Assembly: GCA_965366365.1 (NCBI GenBank)
Contig: CBDUEV010000009.1
Span: forward strand, 969-64,968
Reading direction: 5' to 3'
DNA length: 64,000 nucleotides
Source: an uncultured Acidimicrobiia bacterium
GTDB lineage: Bacteria; Actinomycetota; Acidimicrobiia; Spongiisociales; JAENVV01
Under the pieces are notes generated by a model. It was not told the DNA's origin. It saw only the letters and a program-made list of their open reading frames with translations, and did not search any database. Numbering within the stretch: position 1 is the stretch's first letter; each line of letters begins with the position of its first letter. The translations under genes were made by a program, and so were the position numbers. Of this stretch, positions 9,502-17,500 are shown piece after piece.

Positions 9502-9922
9502 TGGTCACCGGCCCATCGTTGTGAATCTCCACCTCCATCATCGCCCCAAACCGCCCGGTGGACGCGGCGATGCCGAGAGATCCAAGGCGTTCCACCAACA
9601 CCCCCACCAAGGGCTCCGCCACCTCCGGTGCCGCCGCATCGGTGAATGACGGGCGGCGACCGCGGCGCGCATCGCCGTAGAGCGTGAACTGACTCACCAC
9701 CAGGATTTCGCCTCCGAGGTCGGCAACGCTCAGGTTCATCTTGCCGTCCGCGTCGCGAAAGATGCGAAGGCCGGCCAGTTTGTCGGCCATTGCCACCGCG
9801 TCGGCCGCCCCGTCGCCGTCCGTGACGCCGACCAGGACGAGCAGCCCTCGCCCGATCTCCCCAACCGTTTCGCCGCCCACCGAAACCGAGGACTTCGACA
9901 CGCGCTGCACCACTGCCTTCAT
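9467..9922 (-). CDS. dtd: D-aminoacyl-tRNA deacylase
   Basis: 152 aa starting MKAVVQRVS. Contains SQFTLYGD and a C-terminal ...NDGPVTIIL, a canonical Dtd. Its 3' end overlaps the adnB 3' end by 35 nt (convergent). Confidence 0.85.
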   Translation of the reverse strand: MKAVVQRVSKSSVSVGGETVGEIGRGLLVLVGVTDGDGAADAVAMADKLAGLRIFRDADGKMNLSVADLGGEILVVSQFTLYGDARRGRRPSFTDAAAPEVAEPLVGVLVERLGSLGIAASTGRFGAMMEVEIHNDGPVTIILQTEDGRFV

Positions 9923-9973
9923 TCCGCTCAATGTAGCCGCCCGTCGCCGGTGCACTGGCCCTACCATCGCCAC

Positions 9974-10546
9974 ATGCAACGCTGCGCCTGGGTGCCCCTC
10001 GATCATCCCGCCTACGTCGCCTATCACGACGAGGAATGGGGGGTGCCGGTCACGGACGACCGTACGCTGTTCGAGTTCCTCACGCTCGAAGGAGCCCAAG
10101 CCGGTCTGAGCTGGAGAACCATTCTCGAGAAACGTCGCGGCTACCGAGCAGCCTTCGCCGACTTCGACCCGGAGGCAGTCTCTCGCTACACACGGGCCGA
10201 CCAGAAGCGCCTGGCCGCCGACCCTTCGATCGTTCGAAACCGAGCCAAGATCGCCTCCACGGTCAGCAACGCAGCCGCCTTCCTGGCGGTGCAGGACGAA
10301 CATGGCAGCTTCTCCGCATATCTCTGGAGCTTCACCGACGGTCGGGTGCTCCAGCCCGCCCGCCAGACGAGCGCCGACGTCCCCTCGGAGACCGAACTGT
10401 CCCGGCACCTGTCGAAAGAATTGAAGCAACGAGGCTTCCGCTTTGTGGGACCGACCATCATCTATGCCTACCTCCAGGCAACAGGGGTCGTCAACGATCA
10501 CACGGTCGACTGTTTTCGCTACGCCTCGTTGGCCGAGCAAGACTGA
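9974..10546 (+). CDS. tag: DNA-3-methyladenine glycosylase I
   Basis: MQRCAWVPLDHPAYVAYHDEEWGVPVTDDRTLFEFLTLEGAQAGLSWRTIL is the Tag N-terminal signature. An alternative GTG start lies at 9950. Confidence 0.85.
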   Translation: MQRCAWVPLDHPAYVAYHDEEWGVPVTDDRTLFEFLTLEGAQAGLSWRTILEKRRGYRAAFADFDPEAVSRYTRADQKRLAADPSIVRNRAKIASTVSNAAAFLAVQDEHGSFSAYLWSFTDGRVLQPARQTSADVPSETELSRHLSKELKQRGFRFVGPTIIYAYLQATGVVNDHTVDCFRYASLAEQD

Positions 10547-10569
10547 GCGAGAACCCATAGAATCGAATC

Positions 10570-12891
10570 ATGGTCGCCCTGCCCAGCATCGAATCCCACA
10601 TCCCAGCCGAGCCGCCATGGCCCGGAGAGAAGGGCCGGGCGACGGTACTCCTGGTCGACGCATCCAGTCGCCTCGAATTCCGGCTCATCCAGAACTGGGC
10701 GCGACGCGCTGCCGACGGCGCCTACGAGCTCATTCGTATTCCTGCCTCGCGTCGTCGGCGGAGGAGCAATCGGATAAGCCCGCGCCTCGAGGCACGTCTC
10801 AGCCGCCGGGACGATCCGCTCGTCGTGCCCGTCCGCGTCGTGTGGTCCGCTGCCGAACGTGGAGGGACCCGCACCGTGAGACTGGTCGACCTGGCCAAGA
10901 TGGGCGACCCGCGTGACCCCGACCCGCTCCGCGAATACGCCATTCTCGCCTCCGCTCCCGACCGGGTGACCATCGTCCACGGCGAGCCGGCCGGAGCACG
11001 GGCACTGCAGGGGGCCTGGCGCCATGGCGAAGACGGCGACGCCCTCGGCGACTTCGTCGCCCGCCGAGCATGGCTGGCCCTGGAACGAGCAGAACGCCAC
11101 CTTCGGGGCAACCGATACAAGGTCCCCAAATTCCTCCACGAAGAAATACTCCGTCGACCAACCTTCAAGGACGGAGTCGCCCGCCTGGCAGACGCCGAAG
11201 GACGAACCTACGAATCGGTCCACCGGCAGGCCAGTCGGAATCTGCGGGAGATCGCCGCCTCACACAGTCCCCTCGTCATCGACCTCGTGGCCGGCATGAT
11301 CCACTGGCTCTACCGGCAGGGGTACGGCTCACTCAACTACGACGCCCAACGACTCCACGAGCTGTATCAGCTCTCCGAGGATCATCCGCTGGTCTTCCTC
11401 CCCTCCCACAAATCACAGCTCGACCGCCTCGTCCTCCAGTACATGCTGTGGGAAAACGACCTGCCTTCCAACCACACCGCGGGTGGCATCAACCTCAACT
11501 TCTTCCCACTCGGCCCGCTCCTTCGGCGCACCGGGGTGTTCTTCATCCGAAGATCGTTCAAGGGAAAGCCGGTGTACAAGTTCGCCCTCCAGTCCTACCT
11601 CGACTACCTGCTCGAACGACATTTTCCGCTCGAGTGGTACCTCGAAGGCGGACGGTCCCGATCCGGGAAGGTTCTTCCGCCCAAATTCGGCATGCTCACC
11701 TACGTCGTGGAGTCCTTCCGGCGAGGCTCCGCCGACGACGTGATCCTGATTCCCATCGCCATTGCCTACGACCAGATCCAAGACGTCGGGGACTACGCCC
11801 GAGAACAGCGGGGGGAGGCCAAGGAGAGCGAAAGCCTGACGTGGCTCTACAAGGCGGTGCGTAATCTGCGACAGCGCTACGGCAACGTCCACATCCGCTT
11901 TGGCGAGCCGGTCTCGATGGCGAAGGAGCTGGCCGGTGCCGGCGACGACGAGCACAACCTCTCGGTGAGCAAACTCGCCTTCGAGGTGATGGTTCGTATC
12001 AACCGCGCCATGCCGATCACACCCACCGCCGTCGTCACCCTCGCCCTCCTCGGCAACCATCGCCAGGCAACAACGGTGGACGAGATCGTCGAGGTGCTCA
12101 CCGATCTCGGCACCTACGTCCTCCGCCGGCATCTGCCCATCACCGAGCGAATCCACCTCGACGGAGGACACTCCCAGGTTCAGGAGGTCCTCGATCGACT
12201 CGTAGAACACGACATCGTCACCCGCTACGACGGGGGATCTGAGGTCGTCTACCGGGTCGGCGACGACCAATACCTGGCCGCCGCCTACTACCGCAACACC
12301 ATCGTGCACTACTTCGTCGCGGGATCGATCGCCGAGCTGGCGCTCGCCAAAGTCGCCCGCACACCGGGAGACCCCATGGAGGTCTTCTGGAACGAGGTGA
12401 TGGGGTTGCGAGACCTCCTGAAGTTCGAGTTCTTCTTCCCCGGGAAAGAAGAGTTTCGGATCGAGGTCGGCCAGGAACTCACCCAACGGTTCCCGGGGTG
12501 GGAAGAGTTGGTGAGCCAGGGAACCGATGGTGTCTGCCACCTGCTCGCCGAGCTGAAGCCGATTCACAGCGGGTGGGCGATCCGACCCTTCCTGGAGGCC
12601 TATTTCGTGGCTGCGGAGACCCTGACCCTGTTCCCAGCCGCCGACGACCTCGACGAGAAAGCCTTCCTCTCCAGGGCGCTCGAACTCGGCACCCAATACC
12701 GCCTCCAAGAGAGGATCGAGGCCGAAGAGGCCGTCTCGCAGGTGTTGTTCAAGTCGGCATTGCGGCTCGCTGAGAACCGCGGGCTCCTGACCACCGACGA
12801 GCGAGGCGACGTGGACGAGCGACGAGCCGAATTCGCCGCTGAGATCGGAGAGGTGTTGGAACGGATCGATTTCGTCGAGGTCAGGGACTGA
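10570..12891 (+). CDS. plsB: glycerol-3-phosphate 1-O-acyltransferase
   Basis: 773 aa. HX4D acyltransferase motif FLPSHKSQLDRL, with PlsB-like length and flanking motifs (FFIRRSF, PVYKFALQSYLDYL). Confidence 0.8.
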   Translation: MVALPSIESHIPAEPPWPGEKGRATVLLVDASSRLEFRLIQNWARRAADGAYELIRIPASRRRRRSNRISPRLEARLSRRDDPLVVPVRVVWSAAERGGTRTVRLVDLAKMGDPRDPDPLREYAILASAPDRVTIVHGEPAGARALQGAWRHGEDGDALGDFVARRAWLALERAERHLRGNRYKVPKFLHEEILRRPTFKDGVARLADAEGRTYESVHRQASRNLREIAASHSPLVIDLVAGMIHWLYRQGYGSLNYDAQRLHELYQLSEDHPLVFLPSHKSQLDRLVLQYMLWENDLPSNHTAGGINLNFFPLGPLLRRTGVFFIRRSFKGKPVYKFALQSYLDYLLERHFPLEWYLEGGRSRSGKVLPPKFGMLTYVVESFRRGSADDVILIPIAIAYDQIQDVGDYAREQRGEAKESESLTWLYKAVRNLRQRYGNVHIRFGEPVSMAKELAGAGDDEHNLSVSKLAFEVMVRINRAMPITPTAVVTLALLGNHRQATTVDEIVEVLTDLGTYVLRRHLPITERIHLDGGHSQVQEVLDRLVEHDIVTRYDGGSEVVYRVGDDQYLAAAYYRNTIVHYFVAGSIAELALAKVARTPGDPMEVFWNEVMGLRDLLKFEFFFPGKEEFRIEVGQELTQRFPGWEELVSQGTDGVCHLLAELKPIHSGWAIRPFLEAYFVAAETLTLFPAADDLDEKAFLSRALELGTQYRLQERIEAEEAVSQVLFKSALRLAENRGLLTTDERGDVDERRAEFAAEIGEVLERIDFVEVRD

Positions 12892-13720
12892 GGGTGGTCC
12901 ACGAACCGTAGTGGTGGATGGACACTCCCCCGAACCCCGTGGACGCCCCAAGGGCTGCAGCGGTGGCGACCAGGGCCGCCTCCATGGCTCCTTCACCCTC
13001 TTCGGCGAAAGTCGTCTTGTCGAGGCCCGTCTGTCCGGTCTCGACCCCTACGACCGCCGACTTGCCCTTCGAAGCCGCCAACGCCACCTCGCCAGAGGCA
13101 TGCTCGATGATCCCGTCGGCGCCATCCGCATGATCGCGGTATGCCATCACCACGATTCCGTCGACACGATCGAGAACCGCCCCGACCAGAGGCTCACCAT
13201 TCCGGTCGTACGCCGCATCGTCGAACCAAAACGGAACGGCCGCCACGAATGGCAATGAACCGGTGAGTGCCCGAGCCCGATCCAAGCCCCGCAGGTACTT
13301 GTCGATGAGACGGGACTGGCTGCGACTGCTCGCCCAATCCGAATGGAGATAGGGCTCCACGTCGACGATCACGCCGTCGAACCCACCGTGGTCGACGACT
13401 TCCGCGACCCAACGGTACATGGGGGCGGGCTTCTTGGCCCAGACCGGATCACCGGCCATGGCGTAGACCTGGAGCCCTTCATCGTGCGCATCGAGCAGAA
13501 ACGACGCATGGGCAGTATCCGAGGAAAACCCGGGCGGGGCATGGAGGTAGATGGTGTTCACCCCTTTTGCAACGGCGAAGTCCACCACCGCTGCTTCCGG
13601 GGCGCCCCACACCCACATGGCCCGATCACCCTCGGTGACGGCGCCGGCTACAGGCCCCAGCGCCCCCAACACGAGAGAGATGACCACGACTGCGACCGAT
13701 CTACCTCGAATACTGACCAT
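12881..13720 (-). CDS. secreted hypothetical protein, possibly a TIM-barrel glycoside-hydrolase-like fold
   Basis: ORF 12881..13942(-). The start is placed at MVSIRGRSVAVVVISLVLGALGPVAGAV (signal peptide), with RBS GGGAGA 5 nt upstream. Alternating beta/alpha pattern (AMWVWG, VNTIYLH, DGVIVDVEPY, IVVMAYRD). No catalytic motif confirmed. Confidence 0.55.
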   Translation of the reverse strand: MVSIRGRSVAVVVISLVLGALGPVAGAVTEGDRAMWVWGAPEAAVVDFAVAKGVNTIYLHAPPGFSSDTAHASFLLDAHDEGLQVYAMAGDPVWAKKPAPMYRWVAEVVDHGGFDGVIVDVEPYLHSDWASSRSQSRLIDKYLRGLDRARALTGSLPFVAAVPFWFDDAAYDRNGEPLVGAVLDRVDGIVVMAYRDHADGADGIIEHASGEVALAASKGKSAVVGVETGQTGLDKTTFAEEGEGAMEAALVATAAALGASTGFGGVSIHHYGSWTTLSP

Positions 13721-13805
13721 GATTGTCTCCCACGGGGTGACTCTACCCGGGAGCAGGATAGCATCGAGGGTGGTTGTTTTACCACTCAGCGTGACTAGTT
13801 TTCGA

Positions 13806-13847
13806 GCGAACCGACCTGGTTCGCGGTTGGTTCCGCTCAGCAGAACC
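13806..13847 (-). terminator. two short GC hairpins at or just after the radical SAM stop codon (possible intrinsic terminator without a U-tract)
   Basis: First hairpin gcgaacc-gacct-ggttcgc (13806-13824). Second hairpin ggttc-cgctcagca-gaacc (13829-13847) overlaps the stop at 13837-39. Confidence 0.3.
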
Positions 13848-15183
13848 ACGGCTCGGTGAGCCGTGGCCTCCCTTCGAGAGCCCCGGAGGGGATGGCCAGA
13901 TCTCGAAACGGTCGCCCGGCCGCCTCGAGAACGAGCGTCCATAGCTGCTGGATGACCTCGCCGGCCGGCGAGTCGATTGCGTTCTCGACGGTGCGGCTCA
14001 TGGCGAGCTGGAGTTCGTCGAGGCGGGGATCACGCGCCACCCACGGGTAACTGAGGGCGCCGGCGTCGTACGGGCCCAGCACTCCCTCCAAGGCCGGGTG
14101 TCCCACGAGGAGCGAACCGCGCGGCACGAGCAATCGAATGGCGGTCTGGATCGGGTCGACGCTTCCGAACAGATCGTGGAGAGCCAGGAAATCGAACAGG
14201 TCGACCATGTCCTGCAGGGTCGTCCACGGAGTGAAGGGGAGCCAGGTTGGTCGAAGCTCGATACCGGCGGCGCGGACCAGCTCCGTTGCCGTTGCCATCT
14301 CCCCAACCGAATGCCCTTTGTCGAGAATGTGGAGGATCTCGTCGTTGGTCGATTCGAACGCCGACACGATGAACACCGTCCCCCATGAGGCGAGGTCCGG
14401 GAGAAGGTTGCGGTGCTTCAGGAGATGCTCCACCTTGATGGTGAGATCGAATGTGAGATCGGGATGCCGCCCGTGGAGCGCACTCAAAACCCGACGGGCA
14501 TGGTGCGGCCCGTTCAGAAAATCGGGATCGCCAAGAGTGACGTGGCGCGCCCCGGCCGCCACGAGCTGATCGACGTCGGCTACCACCGTCTCGACATCGA
14601 CGGTCCGGTACGTGCCGTCGTAGATGGCCGGGATGGGGCAGTGTCGGCAGCGATGGCGGCAACCATGGCTGGCCTCGACATACCCCGCCAGCCGATGCTC
14701 TTCGCCCATCGAGAGGTGGGCGTATTGGTCGAGGAGAGGAAGGGTCTGCCGGGCGGGCACGGTGAAAGTCGTCTTGCCGACCTCGACCGACTCCAACTCG
14801 CCGCCCCCGGCCGAAACCCAGCCCACGAGCTCTTCTTCGTACTCGCCGGCGATCACAGCATCAGCGAGGCGGTCGACCGTGGGATCGCCCGACATGGCGG
14901 CATAGAGCCCATAGAAGGCGATGGGCAGTGTCGGTCTCGCCTCTCGGATCGCCCGGGCGGCGGTCACTCCCAGCCGCATCGCCGTGTGCATGGGCACGGA
15001 GATCGCTACTACGTCCACCCCGTCGAGGAGTCCCGGCGTCAAGCGCTCGACCGCCAGATCCAACGTCGCCACCTCATGCCCGGCCGCGATCAACGCTCCA
15101 GCCGGCGAGGCGACATGCAGTGGCTGATGCCCGAGTTCGTAGGTCGAGACGAGAAGAGCGCGCATCATGCCATCGTAGGTCAT
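13837..15183 (-). CDS. B12-binding-domain radical SAM protein (class B rSAM)
   Basis: N-terminal Rossmann-like region (ALLVSTYELGHQP...VDVVAISV) followed by the radical SAM cluster motif GCRHRCRHC (C-x3-C-x2-C). About 449 aa. The start is uncertain (ATG 15183 or 15168, or GTG 15207). Confidence 0.75.
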   Translation of the reverse strand: MTYDGMMRALLVSTYELGHQPLHVASPAGALIAAGHEVATLDLAVERLTPGLLDGVDVVAISVPMHTAMRLGVTAARAIREARPTLPIAFYGLYAAMSGDPTVDRLADAVIAGEYEEELVGWVSAGGGELESVEVGKTTFTVPARQTLPLLDQYAHLSMGEEHRLAGYVEASHGCRHRCRHCPIPAIYDGTYRTVDVETVVADVDQLVAAGARHVTLGDPDFLNGPHHARRVLSALHGRHPDLTFDLTIKVEHLLKHRNLLPDLASWGTVFIVSAFESTNDEILHILDKGHSVGEMATATELVRAAGIELRPTWLPFTPWTTLQDMVDLFDFLALHDLFGSVDPIQTAIRLLVPRGSLLVGHPALEGVLGPYDAGALSYPWVARDPRLDELQLAMSRTVENAIDSPAGEVIQQLWTLVLEAAGRPFRDLAIPSGALEGRPRLTEPWFC

Positions 15184-15324
15184 CGGCGAACCGGTGAATC
15201 CGGGCACCGTCCACGCCGCGGCAGCGCTCCGTACACATGAAATCCGCCACTCGGGCGATCAGATGCAGGAGGCCGGTCCGACGTTGGGTGGGCATTGCGA
15301 TGGTCGCGCTGCCCACACTCGCGT

Positions 15325-15639
15325 TCAGCCCGTGTTGTGCTCGACGAGGACTCCGCCGACCTCGGCCATATCCATCATCACTGTCCATCCGGGTACTGCA
15401 GCCAACGCGGCACGTTGGTCGGCCCTCAATCGATCCTCGACCCACCAGGTATGGAGTACCTCGACCCATAGTTCGAGATCGAATCCGTCCGCGCACCGGG
15501 TGCCCTCCACCCAGGGATGACCCACCGCCGATACATGCTCGGAAAGGTGGGACAACCCGACTTCCCAGAGATGATCGAGCGCGTTCGCCGTGTGAGTCAC
15601 CGTGTATCCCCTCGTTGCTGTGTGTCCACTTTGCCCCAC
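15325..15639 (-). CDS. small hypothetical protein upstream of the radical SAM gene (about 91-104 aa)
   Basis: GC3 is about 70%. Acidic, Trp-rich translation (…DHLWEVGLSHLSEHVSAVGHPWVEGTRCADGFDLELWVEVLHTWWVEDRL…). The better start is probably an internal GTG about 39 nt downstream, which has AGGGGA 6 nt upstream. Same strand as the rSAM, with a 140-nt gap. Confidence 0.3.
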   Translation of the reverse strand: MGQSGHTATRGYTVTHTANALDHLWEVGLSHLSEHVSAVGHPWVEGTRCADGFDLELWVEVLHTWWVEDRLRADQRAALAAVPGWTVMMDMAEVGGVLVEHNTG

Positions 15640-15702
15640 GCCTCTGAAGACCTGCTGAACGGGTCGCAGGAACCGAAGTGGCCCGGCCGACGTCGCAAAT
15701 CC

Positions 15703-16251
15703 ATGGGACGTACCTCCATAGCCTGCCTGTTGACCGCCGTGCTGACGGTTTCGTGCGCACCCGGCGCCGATCGGTCCCCGGTTTCGGCCACGACGTTGGC
15801 CCCGCCGCCCCCAGGTTCATCGGTCCCCGCCTCGCCTAGTCCTACGCCCAGTAGTCCGCCCAGTCTTGCGCCCAGTAGTCCGCCCAGCCTCCTGGCCTTC
15901 GAGGAAGCACAACGGACGTGGCGGGAGGTGCGAAAGCCCGACTACGTGTTCATCGTGAACAGGGGATGCGCCGAATGCGACCAGACCCTGGTCGGATCCT
16001 TCCGAATCACCGTCAGGCAGAACACAGTGGCGTTGGTGGAACGCATGCCCATGCAGGAGCCGATCGTCCTCGAGAGCGCCCCGACCATCGACACGCTTCT
16101 CGATGACATCGCTGCCCATCTTGCGGAGAACCCTCAGGCGACCGCCGAGTTCGACCCCTTGCTCGGTATCCCCGTCCAGGCAGAATTGGGCGACGAGGAC
16201 TCCATCGTGGTCGAGTTCTTCGACTTCGACCTGGGCCACCCGACCGATTGA
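15703..16251 (+). CDS. lipoprotein with a Pro/Ser-rich linker
   Basis: Start MGRTSIACLLTAVLTVSCAPG (lipobox LTVSC). Tandem SPPSLAPSSPPSL repeat encoded by a 21-nt DNA direct repeat. C-terminal globular part of unknown function. Confidence 0.6.
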   Translation: MGRTSIACLLTAVLTVSCAPGADRSPVSATTLAPPPPGSSVPASPSPTPSSPPSLAPSSPPSLLAFEEAQRTWREVRKPDYVFIVNRGCAECDQTLVGSFRITVRQNTVALVERMPMQEPIVLESAPTIDTLLDDIAAHLAENPQATAEFDPLLGIPVQAELGDEDSIVVEFFDFDLGHPTD

Positions 16252-16294
16252 CGGTCCTCGGTTCGGACGGCTTCCTCGGATCTATCATGGGTCT

Positions 16295-16657
16295 ATGGCG
16301 GACCTGAACCGGTTTGAGTCCATCGCAGAGCGTCGAATGCGCGCGGCAGCCGAGCGAGGCGAGTTCGACGACCTGCCAGGCCAAGGTCAGCCGATCGAGG
16401 GACTGGATCGGCCCTACGATCCGGCATGGTGGACCAAGCGCCTCATCCAGCGCGAGCGACTCGCCGAAACCCAACGCGCCCGTCTCGCCGAGGTCGACCG
16501 TCAACTTGCCTATGTCTGGCCGCTTCGATCGGTGACCGAGGTGCGGGAGCGAGTCGCCGACCTGAACGATCAGATCGTGGACCTCGGGGGGAAACCCTTC
16601 GACCCCGAGGAGATCGTCACGATGTGGCGTCGCTTCGGGATCTATCGGCGAAGGTGA
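16295..16657 (+). CDS. DUF1992 (DnaJC28-like) domain protein
   Basis: MADLNRFESIAERRMRAAAERGEFDDLPGQGQPIEGLDRPYDPAWW is the DUF1992 signature (EFDNLPG.G.P). Confidence 0.7.
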   Translation: MADLNRFESIAERRMRAAAERGEFDDLPGQGQPIEGLDRPYDPAWWTKRLIQRERLAETQRARLAEVDRQLAYVWPLRSVTEVRERVADLNDQIVDLGGKPFDPEEIVTMWRRFGIYRRR

Positions 16658-16661
16658 ACCC

Positions 16662-17459
16662 GTGATGCGGAGACGTCATTCGCATTCGTCGAACTCACCC
16701 GGAGGAAACACGGCGAAGCGAACGACAATCGACTTCGAGGACGGCCACAAGCGAGTGCGGTGCTACCTGGATGGAGTCCTCGTGGCAGACACCATCCGCC
16801 CCCGTCTGGTGTGGGAAGTGCCGTCCTACCCCACCTACTACTTTCCCGAGAGTGACGTGACACCGGGGATGCTCGAACCGTCGGACACGAGGGAGAAATC
16901 CCCAGGCCGCGGCGAGGCACACTTCTTTGGCCTGAAGGGAGCGAACCGGTTGGTGGCGGACGCCGCCTACACCTATCCGGACAGCCCGACCACTGCCCTG
17001 CGTGGCTACGTCGCTTTCGTGTGGTCGAAGCTCGGTCAGTGGTTCGAGGAAGACGAGCAGGTCCATGTGCACGCCCGAGACCCCTACACGCGGGTCGACA
17101 TTTTGCCGAGTTCGCGTCACGTCCACGTCGAGATCGCCGGTCACACGGTCGCGGACTCGCATCATCCTCGCCTCCTGTTCGAGACGGGAGTCCCCACTCG
17201 CTACTACCTGGCAAAAGCCGATCTGGCCATGGAGAAGTTGACGCCCACCGCACACACGACCTCCTGCCCCTACAAAGGCACAGCCGAGTACTGGTCGGTC
17301 GATCTCGAGGGAGTCGTCTTCGAGAACGTCGCCTGGAGCTACCGCCACCCGGCGGCCGAATCGGAACGCATCGCCGGGCTCATCGCCTTCTCCAACGAGA
17401 AGGTCGAGATCTACGTCGATGGCGTCCTGGAATCCGTGGCGGGTGCTGACCCCGTCTGA
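16662..17459 (+). CDS. DUF427 domain protein (two tandem DUF427 repeats)
   Basis: YPTYYFPESDV in repeat 1 and TSCPYKGTAEYWSV ... AWSYRHP in repeat 2, typical of DUF427. Confidence 0.7.
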   Translation: MMRRRHSHSSNSPGGNTAKRTTIDFEDGHKRVRCYLDGVLVADTIRPRLVWEVPSYPTYYFPESDVTPGMLEPSDTREKSPGRGEAHFFGLKGANRLVADAAYTYPDSPTTALRGYVAFVWSKLGQWFEEDEQVHVHARDPYTRVDILPSSRHVHVEIAGHTVADSHHPRLLFETGVPTRYYLAKADLAMEKLTPTAHTTSCPYKGTAEYWSVDLEGVVFENVAWSYRHPAAESERIAGLIAFSNEKVEIYVDGVLESVAGADPV

Positions 17460-17500
17460 GCGCGGCGTTTCTGTCCGATCCGAGCGGTACCCTGCGTTCC

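Noticed and set aside
9922-10558. 5' extensions of ORFs in the track: 9467..10558 for dtd, 6193..6364 for adnB, 42702..44669 for the methyltransferase, 27048..28958 for nfuA, 56719..58734 for herA, 28864..29203 for malQ, 48092..48308 for DUF368.
   Set aside because: These are in-frame read-through into the upstream gene or intergenic DNA. Conserved N-termini and RBS place the true starts much further downstream. The extensions overlap well-supported genes (tag, adnA, the AI-2E transporter, ATP-grasp, nurA).
15074-15820. 248-aa ORF on the minus strand spanning the rSAM/lipoprotein intergenic region.
   Set aside because: Arg-rich nonsense translation. It overlaps the lipoprotein start and the coding-like small ORF 15325..15639 in another frame.
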